Shown here in pieces: positions 59,983 to 64,000 of a stretch of DNA of 64,000 nt. The notes beneath the pieces are model-generated. The model was given only the letters and a program-made list of their open reading frames with translations, was not told the DNA's origin and made no database searches. The DNA is from an uncultured Thalassotalea sp. (GTDB lineage: Bacteria; Pseudomonadota; Gammaproteobacteria; Enterobacterales; Alteromonadaceae): contig CAZUHQ010000002.1 of assembly GCA_964620605.1 (NCBI GenBank), forward strand, positions 47,010 to 111,009, read 5' to 3'. The translations under genes were made by a program, and so were the position numbers. Within the stretch, counting starts at the first letter, position 1. Every line of letters begins with the position of its first letter.

Positions 59983-62235
59983 ATGTCTGATCGCAATCAG
60001 AGTTTAAAAGAAAACTTTATTCGTTGTGTCGAGCAACAGCAACTGCCAGCGCTTAGCGTCAATTTAATCCCGGAGCAAGTGGGGCTGTCGGCGGCTGAGT
60101 TGGTGGATTTATTCGAAACTCAGGTCATCAGTCGCCATCTCGATTTACACTCGCGGGTGATGCAAAAAAATGGTCAAAGCTTTTATACCATCGGCAGTTC
60201 AGGGCATGAAGGCAATGCTGCCAGTGCAAAAGCATTTCGGCCAAGCGATATGGCATTTTTGCATTATCGCAGTGGCGCTTTTGCCATACAGCGCGCAAAG
60301 CAAGTTGATGGTCAAACTTCGATTTACGACATGCTATTGTCGTTTGCCGCCTCAAAAGACGATCCTATCTCAGGGGGGCGTCATAAGGTCTTAGGCAGTA
60401 AAGCATTAGCGATCCCACCGCAAACCAGCACCATAGCGTCGCATTTACCAAAAGCTATGGGAGCGGCGTTTTCTGTCGGCCTGGCAAAGCGCTTAAACCA
60501 TCAGGGGGAATTACCGAACGATAGTGTGGTGGTTTGCAGTTTTGGCGATGCTTCGTCGAACCATTCTACTGCCCAAGGGGCGATTAACAGTGCGGCCTGG
60601 GCGTCTTATCAATCGGTTCCTATGCCGATCGTCTTTGTCTGTGAAGATAACGGTATCGGCATTTCAACCTCAACGCCTAATGGCTGGGTTGAGGCCAACT
60701 ATAAAAATCGCGCCGGATTAGTGTATCTCAGCTGTGATGGTTTGAATGTTTTAGATACTTATCAAACAACGTTGCAGGCGGCGAAAATAGCGCGTGAGAA
60801 AAAAGTACCGGTATTTTTACACGTTAAATTGATTCGCTTATTAGGCCATGCCGGGTCGGATGCCGAGTTTGTTTATCGCAAAGAACAGCAAATTGATGAT
60901 AATGAACGCAATGATCCACTGCTGCATACTGCCCGTATTTTACTCGATAATGAAATTTTAACTCAAAAGCAAATTGTCGATATTTATCAAAATGTTGCCG
61001 AGAGAGTGGTCAGTGTTGCCGAACAGGTAGTCACTAAACCAAGACTAGAAAGTGCCGAGCAGGTGATGGCAAGTCTTGCGCCTACTATTGAAAATGCTGC
61101 GCAATCATGCTCCCCGGTGGATGAGCAGCAGCGCATGAAATTATTTGCTCATGACAAGCATAATTTAGCGAAAAAGCAGCATCTGGCGAAAATTATTAAC
61201 TGGACGCTGATTGATGTCATGGCAGAGTACAGCAATGTTGTGCTGCTTGGTGAAGACATTGCCCGCAAAGGCGGGGTTTATAATGTTACGACCAAGTTAG
61301 TTGACCGTTTTGGTAAAAACCGGGTGATAAATACCTTGCTTGATGAACAATCGATTCTTGGCGGCGCGATTGGCCTGGCGCATAACGGTTTTGTGCCGAT
61401 CCCTGAAATTCAATTTCTCGCATATGTTCATAACGCGGAAGATCAGATTCGCGGCGAAGCGGCGACCTTATCTTTCTTTAGTAAAGGGCAATATACCAAC
61501 CCTATGGTGATCCGCATTGCCGGTCTTGCCTATCAAAAAGGCTTTGGCGGCCATTTTCATAATGATAATTCTTTTGCGGTATTTCGTGATATTCCAGGGG
61601 TTATTCTGGCTTGCCCATCTAATGGCGAAGATGCCCAGCAGATGCTAAGAACTTGTGTTCGTCTGGCACAGGAACAGCAAAGGGTGGTAGTTTTTCTTGA
61701 GCCCATCGCCTTGTATATGACTAAAGATTTGCATCAGGAAGGGGATGGTTTGTGGACCTTTGATTATCAAGTGCCAACTAAAGAAAGCCGCAGCGAAGAA
61801 TTATCACAGCAGATGTCGGTTAAGGTTGCCGGTGATGGTGATGAGTTATGTATTTTAACTTACGGTAATGGTTATTACCTGTCGCGTCAGGCACAAAAAG
61901 AATTGCAGCAGCAAGGTATCAAGTCACGAGTCGTTGATCTGCGCTGGCTGGCACCGCTCGATGAAACCGGCATCATTAATCAGGTTAACGGCTGTGACAA
62001 GGTATTAATTGTTGATGAATGTCGGCAAACCGGTTCATTGAGTGAAGCCTTGATGGCGTTAATTGCTGAGCATTGCCCGGATAAAGCGTCTGGCAATATA
62101 GAGCGACTATGCGCACAGGACAGTTTTATTCCGTTAGGCAGCGCCGCTTACCATGTCTTACCGTCAAAAGGTGACATTATTAACCGTGCATTGGCTTTGT
62201 GTCAGCATGAAAAAATAACAAGGAAAGCGATATGA
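59983..62235 (+). CDS. Fused E1 alpha+beta ThDP-dependent 2-oxoacid dehydrogenase component
   Basis: Alpha part: SGHEG, HYRS, ThDP motif GDASSNH-X-EDNG, RLLGHAGSD. Beta part: GEDIARKGGVY, NTLLDEQ, EIQFLAY, GGHFHND, VVDLRWLAPLD. Confidence 0.9.
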   Translation: MSDRNQSLKENFIRCVEQQQLPALSVNLIPEQVGLSAAELVDLFETQVISRHLDLHSRVMQKNGQSFYTIGSSGHEGNAASAKAFRPSDMAFLHYRSGAFAIQRAKQVDGQTSIYDMLLSFAASKDDPISGGRHKVLGSKALAIPPQTSTIASHLPKAMGAAFSVGLAKRLNHQGELPNDSVVVCSFGDASSNHSTAQGAINSAAWASYQSVPMPIVFVCEDNGIGISTSTPNGWVEANYKNRAGLVYLSCDGLNVLDTYQTTLQAAKIAREKKVPVFLHVKLIRLLGHAGSDAEFVYRKEQQIDDNERNDPLLHTARILLDNEILTQKQIVDIYQNVAERVVSVAEQVVTKPRLESAEQVMASLAPTIENAAQSCSPVDEQQRMKLFAHDKHNLAKKQHLAKIINWTLIDVMAEYSNVVLLGEDIARKGGVYNVTTKLVDRFGKNRVINTLLDEQSILGGAIGLAHNGFVPIPEIQFLAYVHNAEDQIRGEAATLSFFSKGQYTNPMVIRIAGLAYQKGFGGHFHNDNSFAVFRDIPGVILACPSNGEDAQQMLRTCVRLAQEQQRVVVFLEPIALYMTKDLHQEGDGLWTFDYQVPTKESRSEELSQQMSVKVAGDGDELCILTYGNGYYLSRQAQKELQQQGIKSRVVDLRWLAPLDETGIINQVNGCDKVLIVDECRQTGSLSEALMALIAEHCPDKASGNIERLCAQDSFIPLGSAAYHVLPSKGDIINRALALCQHEKITRKAI

Positions 62236-63302
62236 CCAAGAGTAAAAATAAAACTAACAGTGCCGTGAAGAAACAGCGAGCGGTGGTGATTTGCCCTGGT
62301 CGCGGTACTTATAATAAGGAAGAATTAGGTTATTTATCGCGTTTTCACAGTGATAAGTCATCCTTTATCCAGCATATCGACCAATATCGGGCGCAGCAAA
62401 ATCAGGTGGCGATTGCCGAGCTCGATGCCATGGATAAATACAGCATGCGGGTGCATACCGCCGGCGAAAATGCTTCGGCGCTGATTTATGCCTGTGCCCA
62501 TGGTGATTTTCAGTCAATCGATACCGAACATTACGAGATAGTAGCGGTAACCGGTAATTCCATGGGCTGGTATATCGCGCTGGCGGTGGCGGGAGCGTTA
62601 AAAGCCTATGGCGCAATTGAGCTGATCAACACCATGGGTTCTATGATGAAAAATGGTGTCATTGGCGGTCAGTTGATTTACCCGTTGGTAGATCAAAACT
62701 GGCAGCGAGATCAACAGCGCGAGCAGCAGGTATTGGCACTGGTAAATGAAGTAAACCAGCGGTCTGATTGTCAGGTACATGTTTCCATTCATCTAGGTGG
62801 CTACCTGGTGTTGGGTGGCGATAAAAATGGTTTGCAGGCGATGCAAGACGCCTTGCCGGTGATCGATGACAGATATCCGATGAACCTGTTTAACCATGCC
62901 GCGTTCCATACTCCTTTGCTTAATGATATTTCAGCGCAGGCCAAACAAGTGTTATCGCCGAGTATTTTTCATGCGCCAACGGTTCCGCTAATCGATGGCT
63001 TGGGCAATATCTGGCAGCCGTACTCAACCGATTGCCAAAAACTTTATGATTATACTTTAGGCACTCAGGTAGTGGCACCTTATAATTTTAGTAAGGCAAT
63101 TGAGGTTGCTGTGAAAGAATATGCCCCGGATAAGCTGATTATTTTAGGGCCGGGGGCAACCTTGGGCGGCTCGGTGGCGCAATGTTTAATCGAGCATAAC
63201 TGGCAAGGTTTATCCTGTAAATCAGACTTTATTGAGCGCCAGAAGCAAGATCCGTTTATATTATCTATGGGGATTGCCGAGCAGCGGGCGTTAGTGATTT
63301 AA
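62232..63302 (+). CDS. FabD/ACP S-malonyltransferase-fold acyltransferase with atypical active site
   Basis: CPGRGT (FabD FPGQGS); GNSMG nucleophile (GHSLG); AFHTPLL; LGPG. Its ATG overlaps the E1 stop (ATGA). Confidence 0.82.
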   Translation: MTKSKNKTNSAVKKQRAVVICPGRGTYNKEELGYLSRFHSDKSSFIQHIDQYRAQQNQVAIAELDAMDKYSMRVHTAGENASALIYACAHGDFQSIDTEHYEIVAVTGNSMGWYIALAVAGALKAYGAIELINTMGSMMKNGVIGGQLIYPLVDQNWQRDQQREQQVLALVNEVNQRSDCQVHVSIHLGGYLVLGGDKNGLQAMQDALPVIDDRYPMNLFNHAAFHTPLLNDISAQAKQVLSPSIFHAPTVPLIDGLGNIWQPYSTDCQKLYDYTLGTQVVAPYNFSKAIEVAVKEYAPDKLIILGPGATLGGSVAQCLIEHNWQGLSCKSDFIERQKQDPFILSMGIAEQRALVI

Positions 63303-63493
63303 CGTCTGCGGTTGTTATTTATGAAGTGGAGTTAAGGATAAATATTCAATTAAAAGTTATAAATATAGTCGATATTTAGCTTAGTCCCGGTTATTATTGA
63401 AAATTGCTGACATTTAAACTGAATAAAAAAGTAGGATTTGTCAGGGAAACTAGCTAAAATATCTGTTATTAATTGTTAGTTTTTAGGACGATA

Positions 63494-63964
63494 ATGACAT
63501 CAGAGCGTAAGAAAAATGAGGCCGAATTAGTATTGGCGTTTAAAGCCTTGTTAAATGAACAATGTTACGGTTCTCAAAGTCAGTTGGCGGATGCCTTGGC
63601 TGAGCAAGGCTTTAAAAACATGTCGCAGGCTAAGATTTCCCGTTTGCTGTCAAAATTAGGCGCGGTAAAGATGCGCAACGCCAGCAATCAGGTGGTGTAT
63701 ATTTTACCGGATGAGCTGGCAATTCCTAAATCTCGTCAGGCGATTCAGTCTGTGGTTGTCAGTGTTAAGCACAATAATATGCAGATCATCGTTAAAACCG
63801 GTATTGGCGGTGCACCATTAATTTCCCGAATGCTGGATAGCATGGGAGAATCCGCTGGTATTCTAGGTACCTTAGCCGGCGATGATACTATTTTTATCGC
63901 GCCGGTGGATGTCGCTAAAATTGACCAGATCACTGAAGATGTTAAACGTTTATTGGATGTTTAG
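63494..63964 (+). CDS. argR: Arginine repressor
   Basis: SQSQLADAL; SQAKISR; KMRNA...VY.LP; ILGTLAGDDTIFIAP. Probable ATG 63494 (track 63473). Confidence 0.96.
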   Translation: MTSERKKNEAELVLAFKALLNEQCYGSQSQLADALAEQGFKNMSQAKISRLLSKLGAVKMRNASNQVVYILPDELAIPKSRQAIQSVVVSVKHNNMQIIVKTGIGGAPLISRMLDSMGESAGILGTLAGDDTIFIAPVDVAKIDQITEDVKRLLDV

Positions 63965-64000
63965 TGCTTACTATCAATAGTTAGTGGAAAAGGAAGTGTT

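Noticed and set aside
63417-63436. ARG box upstream of argR
   Set aside because: Only the TGAATA half matches; no convincing dyad or tandem second box.

Overview
Chromosomal window from a marine gammaproteobacterium. Gene order and protein style suggest Alteromonadales, probably Colwelliaceae/Thalassotalea-like (inference only). From left to right it contains: the 3' part of the MSHA type IV pilus locus (mshG-F-B-A-A2-C-D-O-P-Q), with a sigma-54-driven PEP-CTERM gene inserted between mshP and mshQ; the conserved mreBCD-maf-rng-yhdP-nitrilase-tldD block; cvfB and a TerB-family gene; an RND pump pair; a PIN-PhoH gene; a ~10 kb copper-resistance cluster (CopL-like, cusCBA, MerR regulator with a textbook operator, copA, cupredoxin); a decayed sugar-utilisation region (LacI with an internal TAA, and an in-frame GH1/TonB-receptor chimera); a hybrid histidine kinase; marR; a structured intergenic RNA/sORF candidate; a sugar kinase plus nucleotidyltransferase pair; a MipA-DUF3019-response regulator-kinase operon; a TonB-dependent receptor; a LysR / glutaryl-CoA dehydrogenase / fused E1alpha-beta / FabD-like acyltransferase cluster; and argR. 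Non-coding structure includes an ERIC-like element, a ~165 bp MITE-like repeat family (4 copies plus 2 fragments) and a 17-bp tandem array. I saw no tRNA, rRNA, CRISPR array, integrase or transposase. The best candidate for an undescribed system is the gcdH-E1(alpha-beta)-FabD-like operon: it has no E2/E3, and its acyltransferase has lost the malonyl-binding Arg. All family assignments come from motif recognition by eye; no database search was run.
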